A stretch of 64,000 bases of DNA from an uncultured Chitinophaga sp. (GCA_964596345.1 CAZQSZ010000001.1:752696-816695), one strand, 5' to 3'; positions 8,778 through 17,819 are shown, numbered from the stretch's first letter. Numbers and translations are program-made. The notes: generated from the sequence alone by a model not told the origin.

Positions 8778-9551
8778 ATGCGACTACTCTTTTTTTGTTT
8801 GCCGGTACTGCTGACTGCCTGTAATTCTTCGGGTGAAACTAAAAAGAAAGAGGCTGTTATAAACAACAGCCCGGAACAAATCACTAATGAACAGGTAGCT
8901 GTTATTATACCTGCAGAATTAAGGGCGGATCAGGTGCCTCCATCGCTTAAGTTCCGTGGAAAAATTAATGAAGCCTGGCAATGGACGGATAACCTGGGGG
9001 ATAATATTCTTATAACTTCTTATGTTGAAGCTTTCGGGGATAAACAAAAAAACGAATTTGGGGTAGAGAGCCAAACAGCAGAATTGCATGCTTTTCATTT
9101 CGTGAAAAAGGATACAGGATATGCATTGCTTTGGAAAGTCAGTGATGCGATGAAATCATGCCCATTTGATCTTACTGTTGCTTTTATGAAGGGTTCAGCC
9201 ACTATCACTGATCTTGACAGTAATGGTATTGCTGAAACAACCATTCAATACAAATTGGCCTGCCGCAGCGATGTTTCCCCTGCCTATATGAAATTGATTA
9301 TGCACCAGGATACGGTCAAATATTCATTACGTGGACCTATGTGGATCAAAGCCGGCGAAAAAGATAGGTTTACTGTTACCGAAAGCGATGTGAACCTGGA
9401 GAAGCTGCCCCCCAAAGCAGATGAGTATGAACAAATCCTGCAAAGTTTCGGCCGCTATGAATCGGAAAAGGAATTTGCCGGTGCCCCGGCTGTTTTTTTG
9501 CAACATGCCCGGAAACAGTGGATGAAATATGTAAAGGAAAGTTTTGAATAA
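8778..9551 (+). CDS. Hypothetical lipoprotein
   Basis: Signal peptide with lipobox (LPVLLTAC-NSSGE). 257 aa, with no recognisable catalytic motif. Confidence 0.55.
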   Translation: MRLLFFCLPVLLTACNSSGETKKKEAVINNSPEQITNEQVAVIIPAELRADQVPPSLKFRGKINEAWQWTDNLGDNILITSYVEAFGDKQKNEFGVESQTAELHAFHFVKKDTGYALLWKVSDAMKSCPFDLTVAFMKGSATITDLDSNGIAETTIQYKLACRSDVSPAYMKLIMHQDTVKYSLRGPMWIKAGEKDRFTVTESDVNLEKLPPKADEYEQILQSFGRYESEKEFAGAPAVFLQHARKQWMKYVKESFE

Positions 9552-10545
9552 ACAGCCTGTGACAACACAACAACAAAATCTAAGCGTACAAAAATGGGTG
9601 GCCGCCGTATCAGTAGTATTGCTGGCAGTTAAAGTAATTGCTTATTACTCCACTCACTCTGTATCTATTCTTACAGATGCATTAGAGAGCATCGTAAACG
9701 TAGCAGCAGGTTTTATCGGCTTGTATAGTTTATTCATTGCGGCCAAACCCCGGGATATTGATCATCCCTACGGGCATGGAAAGGCAGAGTTTCTTTCAGC
9801 CGCCGTGGAAGGAACATTGATTGGCAGCGCAGGAGCTATTATTCTTTATAAAGCCATTCAAAATCTTATTAATCCCGTTGAACTGGAGAAGATCGATTAT
9901 GGAATTATCCTCGTGGCCATAACGGCAGTGGTCAATTTCCTGTTAGGCTACTATTGCCTGCAGGTTGGAAAAAGGAATAATTCAGCGGCATTAGCTGCAA
10001 GTGGAAAACACCTGCAAAGTGATACCTGGTCCACATTGGGAATCGTTGTCGGGCTTGTTCTTTTATATATGACCGGGGAAAAATGGATCGATAGCGTTGT
10101 CGCCATTGTTTTTGGGATATTTATTATGTATACTGGTTACAGGATTATCCGTAGTTCAGTGGCGGGTATCATGGATGAGGCCGACAAGAACTTATTAACA
10201 AAGCTGGTGGCAGTTTTAAATGCCAGCCGCAAGCCCAACTGGATTGACCTGCACAACCTGCGGGTCATAAAATATGGAAGTGTACTGCATATGGATTGCC
10301 ATCTTACAGTTCCCTGGTACCTGAATGTACATGAGGCGCACCACGAGATTGATGTGCTGGCAGCATTGGTGAGAAAAGAGTTTGGAGAATCAGTGGAGTT
10401 TTTTGTGCATTCGGATGGATGCCTTCCTTTTTCCTGTCGTATTTGCGACAAGAAGGAATGTTCCGAACGAAAGCATAATTTTGAACAACGGATCGGCTGG
10501 ACACTGGAGAATATTCTTCAAAATCAAAAACACCAGCTGGCATAG
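9544..10545 (+). CDS. Cation diffusion facilitator (CDF) family metal efflux transporter
   Basis: TTG start overlapping the previous gene by 8 nt. Contains the HSVSILTDALESIVN and DHPYGHGKAEF motifs, six TM segments and a cytoplasmic C-terminal domain. Confidence 0.85.
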   Translation: MNKQPVTTQQQNLSVQKWVAAVSVVLLAVKVIAYYSTHSVSILTDALESIVNVAAGFIGLYSLFIAAKPRDIDHPYGHGKAEFLSAAVEGTLIGSAGAIILYKAIQNLINPVELEKIDYGIILVAITAVVNFLLGYYCLQVGKRNNSAALAASGKHLQSDTWSTLGIVVGLVLLYMTGEKWIDSVVAIVFGIFIMYTGYRIIRSSVAGIMDEADKNLLTKLVAVLNASRKPNWIDLHNLRVIKYGSVLHMDCHLTVPWYLNVHEAHHEIDVLAALVRKEFGESVEFFVHSDGCLPFSCRICDKKECSERKHNFEQRIGWTLENILQNQKHQLA

Positions 10546-10547
10546 CA

Positions 10548-10943
10548 ATGAAAACAACGACTATTTGGAAAGGAGATCATCGTTTTGAAAGCGAACATGA
10601 AGGTAACAGGATCAGTGTGGATGGCGATAAGAAGAAAGGACATGGTCCCAAAGCTCTTTTATTATCCGGGTTGGCCGGCTGTTCGGGTATTGATGTGGTG
10701 GACATCCTGGAAAAGATGCGGGTACAATTTTCCGATTTCTCTATTGAAGTGGAGTCAGAACAAACAGAGGAAAACCCAAAGGTCTTTAAATGGATCCTGA
10801 TCACGTATATACTAAAGACAGCTGTTGAGAACGAAGAAAAAGTACGGAAAGCCATTGACCTGTCGCTGGAAAAATATTGTGGCGTTTCAGCTATGCTGCG
10901 AAAAAATTCGCCAATTAATTATAAATTGGAAATCCTGAAATAG
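10548..10943 (+). CDS. OsmC-family peroxiredoxin-like protein
   Basis: 131 aa. Contains GHGPKALLLSGLAGCSGIDVV and a second Cys in EKYCGVS, the OsmC/Ohr signature layout. Confidence 0.8.
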   Translation: MKTTTIWKGDHRFESEHEGNRISVDGDKKKGHGPKALLLSGLAGCSGIDVVDILEKMRVQFSDFSIEVESEQTEENPKVFKWILITYILKTAVENEEKVRKAIDLSLEKYCGVSAMLRKNSPINYKLEILK

Positions 10944-10947
10944 ACTT

Positions 10948-11355
10948 ATGCTTTCAATGAAGTCACAATATGCCTTTAAGGCATTAAGTTATCTCACGGT
11001 AAAATTTAACGAGGGTCCCGTGCTGATCTCCGAGATCGCCAAAAAGAAGAAGATCCCGTTAAAGTTTCTCGAAAATATCCTGCTGGAATTAAAGAAAGCG
11101 GGTATACTGGATAGCAAGAAAGGCAAAGGAGGGGGATACTTTCTCCGGCAACGGCCCGATAAGGTAAAAGTAGCTACCGTGATCCGGCTGATCAATGGAC
11201 CTATTGCCATGCTGCCTTGCGTAAGTCTCTATTTCTATGAACGTTGCAAGAATTGCGACGAGAAGAAATGCGGCCTTCATGACATGATGGTGGAAGTTCG
11301 GGACGCCACCCTGCAGATTGTTGAGAACAGGACGCTGCAAGACCTTGTCATGTGA
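10948..11355 (+). CDS. Rrf2-family transcriptional regulator with a four-Cys C-terminal cluster
   Basis: MLSMKSQYAFKALSYL... winged-helix N-terminus typical of Rrf2. The C-terminal region carries C-x8-C-x2-C-x4-C (PCVSLYFYERCKNCDEKKCGLH). Confidence 0.85.
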   Translation: MLSMKSQYAFKALSYLTVKFNEGPVLISEIAKKKKIPLKFLENILLELKKAGILDSKKGKGGGYFLRQRPDKVKVATVIRLINGPIAMLPCVSLYFYERCKNCDEKKCGLHDMMVEVRDATLQIVENRTLQDLVM

Positions 11356-11424
11356 TTATTCTGTTTTGTTTCTTACCAACAATAGTTAGCGGCATCGTTT
11401 GCACGATATATTCAGTCCACCGGG

Positions 11425-11455
11425 TTGGTGGGGTAATGAATTAAGCCTATTTTTG
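11425..11455 (+). promoter_or_regulatory. Candidate sigma-A promoter of the Prx-cys-siroheme block
   Basis: TTG (11425-11427), N20, TATTTTTG (11448-11455). It lies 21 nt upstream of the Prx ATG region. Confidence 0.35.
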
Positions 11456-11468
11456 TCTTCACAAAAAT
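11449..11468. promoter_or_regulatory. 20-bp perfect palindrome overlapping the -7 box (candidate operator)
   Basis: ATTTTTGT-cttc-ACAAAAAT, read directly. It sits immediately downstream of the Rrf2 gene. Confidence 0.3.
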
Positions 11469-11475
11469 TTCAATT

Positions 11476-12111
11476 ATGGCACTACGTCTCGGGGATGTTG
11501 CTCCCAACTTTAAAGCACAAACAACAGAAGGCGAAATAGATTTTTATGATTTCCTGGGAAACGGATGGGGAATATTATTTTCTCACCCCGCTGATTTCAC
11601 CCCGGTTTGTACAACTGAACTTGGGAAAACAGCCCTATTACAGGAGGAATTTGCCAAACGAAATGTAAAAGTGCTGGCAGTGAGTGTGGATCCGTTGGAT
11701 AAGCATATGGAGTGGAGAAAAGATATCAATGAAACACAACACTGCTCTGTTAGTTTTCCAATCATCGCTGATGAAGACAGGGTGGTTGCCCTGTTATATG
11801 ATATGATTCACCCGAATGCATCGGCAACTGCTACTGTGCGTTCTTTATTTGTGATCGGGCCCGATAAGCTAATTAAGCTGATGATCATTTATCCAGCTTC
11901 AACAGGTAGAAATTTTTACGAAGTATTAAGAGTGGTGGATTCATTACAGCTGACAGCGGGTTATAGCGTAGCTACACCGGCTGACTGGAAAGCAGGTGAG
12001 GATGTTATCGTTGTTCCGGCAGTGTCAACTGAAGATGCGATCAAGAAATTCCCTAAAGGGGTGAAGGTGGTTAAACCTTACCTGCGCTATACTCCACAAC
12101 CCAATCTTTGA
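11476..12111 (+). CDS. 1-Cys peroxiredoxin (Prx6-like)
   Basis: 211 aa. Contains FSHPADFTPVCTTELG, the peroxidatic-Cys motif, and the overall Prx6 length. Confidence 0.9.
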   Translation: MALRLGDVAPNFKAQTTEGEIDFYDFLGNGWGILFSHPADFTPVCTTELGKTALLQEEFAKRNVKVLAVSVDPLDKHMEWRKDINETQHCSVSFPIIADEDRVVALLYDMIHPNASATATVRSLFVIGPDKLIKLMIIYPASTGRNFYEVLRVVDSLQLTAGYSVATPADWKAGEDVIVVPAVSTEDAIKKFPKGVKVVKPYLRYTPQPNL

Positions 12112-12818
12112 TGCTGAGCAGCGAACAGATACAGGAAATAGAGAATAGCTCGTTGCCGGAAGCAATCCGTTTAATCACTGGTTTATTTCCCGGCGAAGTG
12201 GTCTTTTCTTCTTCTTTAGGACAGGAAGACCAGGTGCTCACGGATGTGATCTTCAAAAATGATCTGCCCGTTAAGATCTTCACGATCGATACGGGCAGGT
12301 TGTTTAATGAAACATATGAATTACTCGACCGTACCATTGCCCGGTATAAAAAACCAATACAGGTTTATTTCCCGGAAGCGGCTGATGTGGAAACGTTTGT
12401 AGCAGAAAAAGGGATCAACAGTTTTTATGAATCTGTGGACAACCGTAAGGAATGCTGCTATATCCGGAAAGTGATTCCATTGAACCGTGCATTGAAAGGA
12501 ACGAAGGTTTGGATTACCGGTTTAAGGGCTGAACAATCAAGCAACAGGCAACAGATGCCTATGATCGAATGGGCAGAAGATAAACAGTTATATAAGTTCA
12601 ACCCGCTGATGAACTGGAGCTATGATGAGATGATCAGTTATATCAATAAACATAATGTGCCCTATAACCGGTTGCATGATAAAGGATTTGTCAGCATCGG
12701 ATGTGCACCGTGTACAAGAGCCATTGAACCAGGTGAAGATGCAAGAGCCGGTCGCTGGTGGTGGGAAGCATCGCAGAAAGAATGCGGATTGCATGAAACA
12801 AAAGTGAAAGCGGGATAG
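12111..12818 (+). CDS. cysH: Adenylyl-sulfate (APS)-type assimilatory reductase, Fe-S-containing CysH
   Basis: ATG at 12111 overlaps the Prx stop (TGATG). Contains KECCYIRK plus IGCAPCTRA (the CC...CxxC cluster motif of APS reductases) and a C-terminal KECGLH. Confidence 0.85.
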   Translation: MLSSEQIQEIENSSLPEAIRLITGLFPGEVVFSSSLGQEDQVLTDVIFKNDLPVKIFTIDTGRLFNETYELLDRTIARYKKPIQVYFPEAADVETFVAEKGINSFYESVDNRKECCYIRKVIPLNRALKGTKVWITGLRAEQSSNRQQMPMIEWAEDKQLYKFNPLMNWSYDEMISYINKHNVPYNRLHDKGFVSIGCAPCTRAIEPGEDARAGRWWWEASQKECGLHETKVKAG

Positions 12819-12867
12819 TTTTTTTACCAGAATTGTTTGCAGTCAATGCAAACGTACAATAATAGTT

Positions 12868-13776
12868 ATGAGTAAATATCATTTGGATTACCTGGAGCAG
12901 CTCGAAGCAGAGAGTATTCACATTTTTCGTGAAGTGGCTGCTCAATTTGAAAGACCGGCACTCTTATTCAGTGGTGGGAAAGATTCTATTACGATGGTGC
13001 ACCTGGCCAAAAAAGCATTTGCGCCGGGAAAAATACCTTTTCCATTAGTGCATATTGATACCGGGCACAATTTCCCGGAAGCACTGGAATTCCGTGACTG
13101 GCTGGCCAACGAAGTCAATGCAACACTGGTTGTCAGGAAAGTGGAAGACACGATTAAACAAAAAAACCTGACGGAACCGAAAGGAAAATTTCCCAGCCGT
13201 AACTGGTTACAGACTTATACACTCTTAGATACGATCGAAGAATTCAAATTTGATGCTTGTATCGGTGGAGCCCGCAGGGATGAGGAAAAAGCAAGGGCAA
13301 AGGAAAGAATATTTTCTGTCCGGGATGAATTTGGGCAATGGAACCCCAAATTGCAACGACCAGAACTCTGGAATATTTACAATGGCAGAATTCATAAGGG
13401 GGAGAATGTGCGGGTATTCCCGATCAGCAACTGGACAGAACTGGACATCTGGAATTATATCCGCAAAGAAAATATTGATCTTCCGTCTATCTATTTTGCA
13501 CATGAGCGGCAGGTGATCGAACATGAAGGGCAGCTGGTGGCCATCAGTGAATTTGTGCAACCAGATGCAAGTGATGTGGTACTGACCAAACAAGTCCGGT
13601 ACAGAACGGTTGGTGATATGACCTGTACAGCTGCGGTTGAATCTGCTGCAGCTAACCTGGATGAAGTGATCAACGAGATCATAGCAACCAGGATCAGTGA
13701 GCGGGGAGAAACCAGGATCGATGATAAAGTAACGGAAGCAGCGATGGAAGATCGGAAGAAGAACGGGTATTTTTAA
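12868..13776 (+). CDS. cysD: Sulfate adenylyltransferase subunit 2
   Basis: 302 aa. Contains LLFSGGKDS (PP-loop) and is highly CysD-like throughout. Confidence 0.95.
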   Translation: MSKYHLDYLEQLEAESIHIFREVAAQFERPALLFSGGKDSITMVHLAKKAFAPGKIPFPLVHIDTGHNFPEALEFRDWLANEVNATLVVRKVEDTIKQKNLTEPKGKFPSRNWLQTYTLLDTIEEFKFDACIGGARRDEEKARAKERIFSVRDEFGQWNPKLQRPELWNIYNGRIHKGENVRVFPISNWTELDIWNYIRKENIDLPSIYFAHERQVIEHEGQLVAISEFVQPDASDVVLTKQVRYRTVGDMTCTAAVESAAANLDEVINEIIATRISERGETRIDDKVTEAAMEDRKKNGYF

Positions 13777-13837
13777 CTCCCAACTCCCTGAAGGGGGGCT
13801 TTGGGTAATATTCTTTGTAAATAAATTATCTAACTAT

Positions 13838-13904
13838 TTGGTCTTTCAGTGAGCGAAGGACCAATACAAATTAAGTTCCCTCCTGAGCTTGCCGAAGGAA
13901 GGGA
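13838..13904 (+). other. Two tandem related stem-loops in the cysD-cysN gap
   Basis: First: TTGGTCTTT-cagtgagcg-AAGGACCAA (13838-13864), 9 bp including one G-U pair. Second: TTCCCTCC-tgagcttgccgaa-GGAAGGGA (13876-13904), stem with a bulge. Both loops contain TGAGC and both hairpins contain CGAAGGA spanning the loop/3'-arm junction. Confidence 0.45.
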
Positions 13905-13913
13905 CAAAGTGAT

Positions 13914-15155
13914 ATGGATCTATTACGTTTTATAACTGCAGGTAGCGTCGATGACGGGAAAAGTACACTGATCGGGAGATTGTTGTACGATAGTAAGAAT
14001 ATTCTCATTGATCAGCTGGAAGCACTGGAAAAGTCAACGAAGAACAGGACCGATGGTTCTGTTGATCTTGCCTTGCTCACCGACGGGCTCAGGGCTGAAA
14101 GGGAACAGGGTATTACGATTGATGTGGCGTATCGTTACTTTACCACGCCGAAAAGAAAATTCATTATTGCCGATGCTCCCGGTCATGTGCAATACACCCG
14201 TAACATGATCACCGGTGCTTCTAATGCCAGCCTGATCATTGTTCTGGTAGATGCAAGACAAGGTGTGGTGGAACAGACAAGACGCCATTCTATTATCGCT
14301 TCTTTATTGAAGATACCGCATGTGGTGGTTGCTATCAATAAGATGGACCTGGTAGGGTACTCGCAGGATGTTTTCAATAATATCGTGATCGACTATGCTG
14401 AAGTGGCGAAGCAATTAGGATTAAAGAATGTGACCTATATCCCGATCAGTGCTTTGAATGGTGATAATATCGTGGACAGATCAGCGATCATCGACTGGTA
14501 TGATGGGAAGCCATTGCTGGAATTCCTGGAAGAAGTGGATACGGCACATGATATTGACCTGGATAATGCCCGTTTCCAGGTGCAGTTTGTAATCAGACCT
14601 CAGACGGAAGAATTACATGACTATCGTGGCTATGCCGGGAAGATTATCAGCGGTATTTATAAAAAAGGGGATAAGGTAAAAGTGTTGCCAGCTGGTTTGG
14701 AAACAACCATCAGTAAACTGGAAGTGGGTGGACAGGAAGTGGAAGAAGTATTTGCACCGCAGGCGGCCGTTATTCAACTGGCGGATGATATTGATATCAG
14801 CCGGGGCGATGCGATCATTAAAGCAGAAGATACACCTGTTGTCAGCAATGAACTCGAAGTTTTGCTCTGCTGGCTGGATGATAAACCTTTACAGGCGGGC
14901 AACAAGTATTATTTGCAGCACAACAGCCGTTTGGTGAGGGCCGTGGTGAAAAATATTGAATACAAACTGGATGTAAACACCCTTCAGCAACAGCCGGTGG
15001 AAGGAGGGGTAAAACTGAATGAAGTGGTCAAGGCCACGATCAGGACAGCATCAGCACTAGTGTATGATCCGTATGATCAATTTGTTGTAAACGGAAGTGC
15101 TATTCTTGTGGATGAAACAAGCAACAGTACGGTAGCGGCGGTGCTGCTGCAGTAA
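13914..15155 (+). CDS. cysN: Sulfate adenylyltransferase subunit 1 (GTPase); no fused APS kinase domain
   Basis: 413 aa. Contains GSVDDGKST (G1), DAPGH and NKMD. Confidence 0.92.
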   Translation: MDLLRFITAGSVDDGKSTLIGRLLYDSKNILIDQLEALEKSTKNRTDGSVDLALLTDGLRAEREQGITIDVAYRYFTTPKRKFIIADAPGHVQYTRNMITGASNASLIIVLVDARQGVVEQTRRHSIIASLLKIPHVVVAINKMDLVGYSQDVFNNIVIDYAEVAKQLGLKNVTYIPISALNGDNIVDRSAIIDWYDGKPLLEFLEEVDTAHDIDLDNARFQVQFVIRPQTEELHDYRGYAGKIISGIYKKGDKVKVLPAGLETTISKLEVGGQEVEEVFAPQAAVIQLADDIDISRGDAIIKAEDTPVVSNELEVLLCWLDDKPLQAGNKYYLQHNSRLVRAVVKNIEYKLDVNTLQQQPVEGGVKLNEVVKATIRTASALVYDPYDQFVVNGSAILVDETSNSTVAAVLLQ

Positions 15156-15196
15156 ATTTTTTTATCTAATTAGTCTATTAAAAAAGTAGAATATTA

Positions 15197-15991
15197 ATGA
15201 ATAACAAGGGCAGCGTAATACTGGCAGGAGCAGGTCCCGGTGATGCAGAACTCATTACTATAAAATTGCAAAAGCGGTTAAGGGAAGCTGATGTGATCAT
15301 TACTGACCGGCTGGTGAACCCAATGATCATTGAAGCACATGCAAGCCCTGAGGCCATAGTTATTGTTGCAGGTAAGCAGGGTTATAATGATGCTTCTGTT
15401 TCGCAGGAAGATATCTGCAACCTGATTGTTGTTCATGCACTGGATGGAAAAAATGTATTACGACTTAAAGGTGGTGATGTGGCTTTTTTCAGTAATGTAC
15501 TGGATGAACTGAAAGTGTTGGAGGAAAACAATATTTCGTTTGAGATCATCCCGGGTATTACCGCTGCATCAGGCGCATCTGCTTATGCAGGTATCCCGTT
15601 AACTGCCCGTGGATATGCCCAGGCTGTACAATTTATCACTTTCAATCCAACTAATTTTTATAGTTCAGACAAATGGAAAAGCCTGGCAGGCACGAGTGAT
15701 ACACTGGTATTTTACATGGCCGCCAAGAATATAGCTGACCTCGCTGAATTATTGTTGCGTTATACCCGGAAGCCTTCCACCCCGATGGCAGTGATTGAGC
15801 AGGCAACTACACAACATCAGCAGGTTCATATAAGCACCTTAAAAGATTGTGCCAGTGATTTTGCCGGAAAACACTTCAGTTCCCCTTCCCTGGTTATTGT
15901 AGGAGAAGTGGTGGAGTTACACCAGTCATTTAACTGGTTTGCCGCAGGGGGAACCGGTTCTGTATTCAATGAATTGATAACTGCTAAATAG
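15197..15991 (+). CDS. cobA: Uroporphyrinogen-III C-methyltransferase (SUMT)
   Basis: 264 aa. Contains GAGPGDAELITIKL...ADVIITDRLV and IPGITAASGA motifs. Confidence 0.85.
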   Translation: MNNKGSVILAGAGPGDAELITIKLQKRLREADVIITDRLVNPMIIEAHASPEAIVIVAGKQGYNDASVSQEDICNLIVVHALDGKNVLRLKGGDVAFFSNVLDELKVLEENNISFEIIPGITAASGASAYAGIPLTARGYAQAVQFITFNPTNFYSSDKWKSLAGTSDTLVFYMAAKNIADLAELLLRYTRKPSTPMAVIEQATTQHQQVHISTLKDCASDFAGKHFSSPSLVIVGEVVELHQSFNWFAAGGTGSVFNELITAK

Positions 15992-15996
15992 TAGCT

Positions 15997-17694
15997 ATGA
16001 TCGGCGAAGGAAGATTAAAACAATTACGCCAGTTTCTGGAAAGCTACTCACAGGAGGAGCTGGTCTGGATCAATGGCTACCTGTCTGGTATCGTGGCTAA
16101 CCGGAATACGAATGGCCATGAAACAAAGCAGGCTGTAAAAAAAATAAACCTTTTATTCGGCACCGAAACCGGGAATTCAAAAAGATTGGCCACTCAATTA
16201 GCAGGAGTAGCCAAAAAGAAAGGCATTCATGTAAAATTGACTGATCTAAGTCAGTACCGCCTGGCTGATCTTTCAAAAGAAGAATATTTTTTTGTCGTGA
16301 TCAGTACACAGGGCGAAGGGGAACCTCCCATCCCGGCGAAGAAATTCTATGATCATTTACAGGAAACTACTTTATCGCTACCGGGTCTGAAGTATAGTGT
16401 ACTTGCACTGGGTGATTCATCTTATCCCCTGTTTTGCAAAACTGGGGAGGAGGTGGATGCAAAGCTTGAACAGTTTGGCGGGGCAAGAGTAGTTCCGTTG
16501 CAAAAATGTGATGTTGATTATGAAGAAGACGCTGCCAGCTGGTTTGATAAGGTGCTGGCCATAGTGGATCAACAGACAGCAGTAACCCCGGTGCCTGTTG
16601 CAGTGAAGCCAGTAGAGAAAAAGGCGACAGGGAAAAAATATTACCACGGGAAAATTCTAACGAATATCAACCTGAATGACAGGGGCTCTAATAAACAAAC
16701 GTACCATATCGAGATCGGAGCGGATGAGCCGATAGCTTATGAACCCGGTGATACAATTGGCATTGTACCTGCTAATAGAAAAGAAGTAGTGGATAGAATC
16801 ATTGCTTTAACTGGAATTGATCCTTCTTTGGAAATAAGTACAGCAAAAGCAACAGCAGCAGTAAGGGAATTGCTGACCTATAACCTCAATATCTGCTACC
16901 TGCTTACATCAACAGTTAAAAAATATGCGGCTATTACTGAGCAGGAAATTCCGGATATAAGAATGGACCTTGTTGATCTGCTGAGGATATACCCGCTAAA
17001 AAATACAGGCCAGTTTATAGAAGTACTCAAATCATTAATGCCCATAGCACCCCGGTTATATTCTGTATCATCTTCCCCTGCAGCACATGGAGAAAATGAA
17101 GTGCATATCACCGTGGCAAGAAACCAGTTCCTGGCGCAGGACGAACACCGCTTTGGTTTGTGCAGCGAATTCCTGGGCGATCAGCCAGTTGGGACGACAA
17201 TGAGTTTTTATGTGCACAAGGATAAGAATTTCAAACTCCCGGCTTCTGATAAAGATGTGATCATGATCGGACCCGGTACCGGTGTGGCACCTTTCCGGGC
17301 CTTCCTTGCACACCGGGATGCAACAGGTGCTGTTGGCAGAAACTGGTTCTTTTTTGGTGAACAGCATTTCCTGACTGATTTTTTATACCAGTCAGAAATG
17401 CAGCAATATGTGCAAACAGGAGTTTTAACAAATATTGACCTGGCGTTTTCAAGAGACCAGCCAGCGAAGATTTATGTACAGCACCGGATGCTGGCAAAAG
17501 CGGCAGAATTATATCAATGGATCAGTAGCGGAGCCTACCTCTTTATCAGCGGTACCAAAGACCCGATGAGTAAAGATGTGGAAGCTGCCCTGTTGCAGAT
17601 CATTGAAAAGGAAGGGAAAAAAACAAATGACGAAGCCCGGCAATACCTGGAGCAATTGGAAAAGGACGGAAGATATGAGAAGGATGTGTATTGA
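15997..17694 (+). CDS. cysJ: Assimilatory sulfite reductase (NADPH) flavoprotein alpha component
   Basis: 565 aa. Flavodoxin domain (LFGTETGNSKRLA) plus an FAD/NADPH domain (RLYSVSSS, GPGTGVAPFRAF, C-terminal YEKDVY). Confidence 0.85.
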   Translation: MIGEGRLKQLRQFLESYSQEELVWINGYLSGIVANRNTNGHETKQAVKKINLLFGTETGNSKRLATQLAGVAKKKGIHVKLTDLSQYRLADLSKEEYFFVVISTQGEGEPPIPAKKFYDHLQETTLSLPGLKYSVLALGDSSYPLFCKTGEEVDAKLEQFGGARVVPLQKCDVDYEEDAASWFDKVLAIVDQQTAVTPVPVAVKPVEKKATGKKYYHGKILTNINLNDRGSNKQTYHIEIGADEPIAYEPGDTIGIVPANRKEVVDRIIALTGIDPSLEISTAKATAAVRELLTYNLNICYLLTSTVKKYAAITEQEIPDIRMDLVDLLRIYPLKNTGQFIEVLKSLMPIAPRLYSVSSSPAAHGENEVHITVARNQFLAQDEHRFGLCSEFLGDQPVGTTMSFYVHKDKNFKLPASDKDVIMIGPGTGVAPFRAFLAHRDATGAVGRNWFFFGEQHFLTDFLYQSEMQQYVQTGVLTNIDLAFSRDQPAKIYVQHRMLAKAAELYQWISSGAYLFISGTKDPMSKDVEAALLQIIEKEGKKTNDEARQYLEQLEKDGRYEKDVY

Positions 17695-17723
17695 TGATGC
17701 GAAAACGCAATTGTACAACAGGT

Positions 17724-17760
17724 GAACAGAATTACAGGACGATGAAGAGTGCGACGCAAC
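17724..17760 (+). repeat. Copy A of a repeated intercistronic element
   Basis: GAACAGAattacaggACGATGAAGAGTGCGACGCAAC. The core 17739-17760 matches 53418-53439 at 21 of 22 positions. Confidence 0.7.
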
Positions 17761-17819
17761 AGGTGTTGAGCAGGATTATATAAGCTGGCAGCATGATCAT
17801 TTAAAGAGCAATTTACAGT

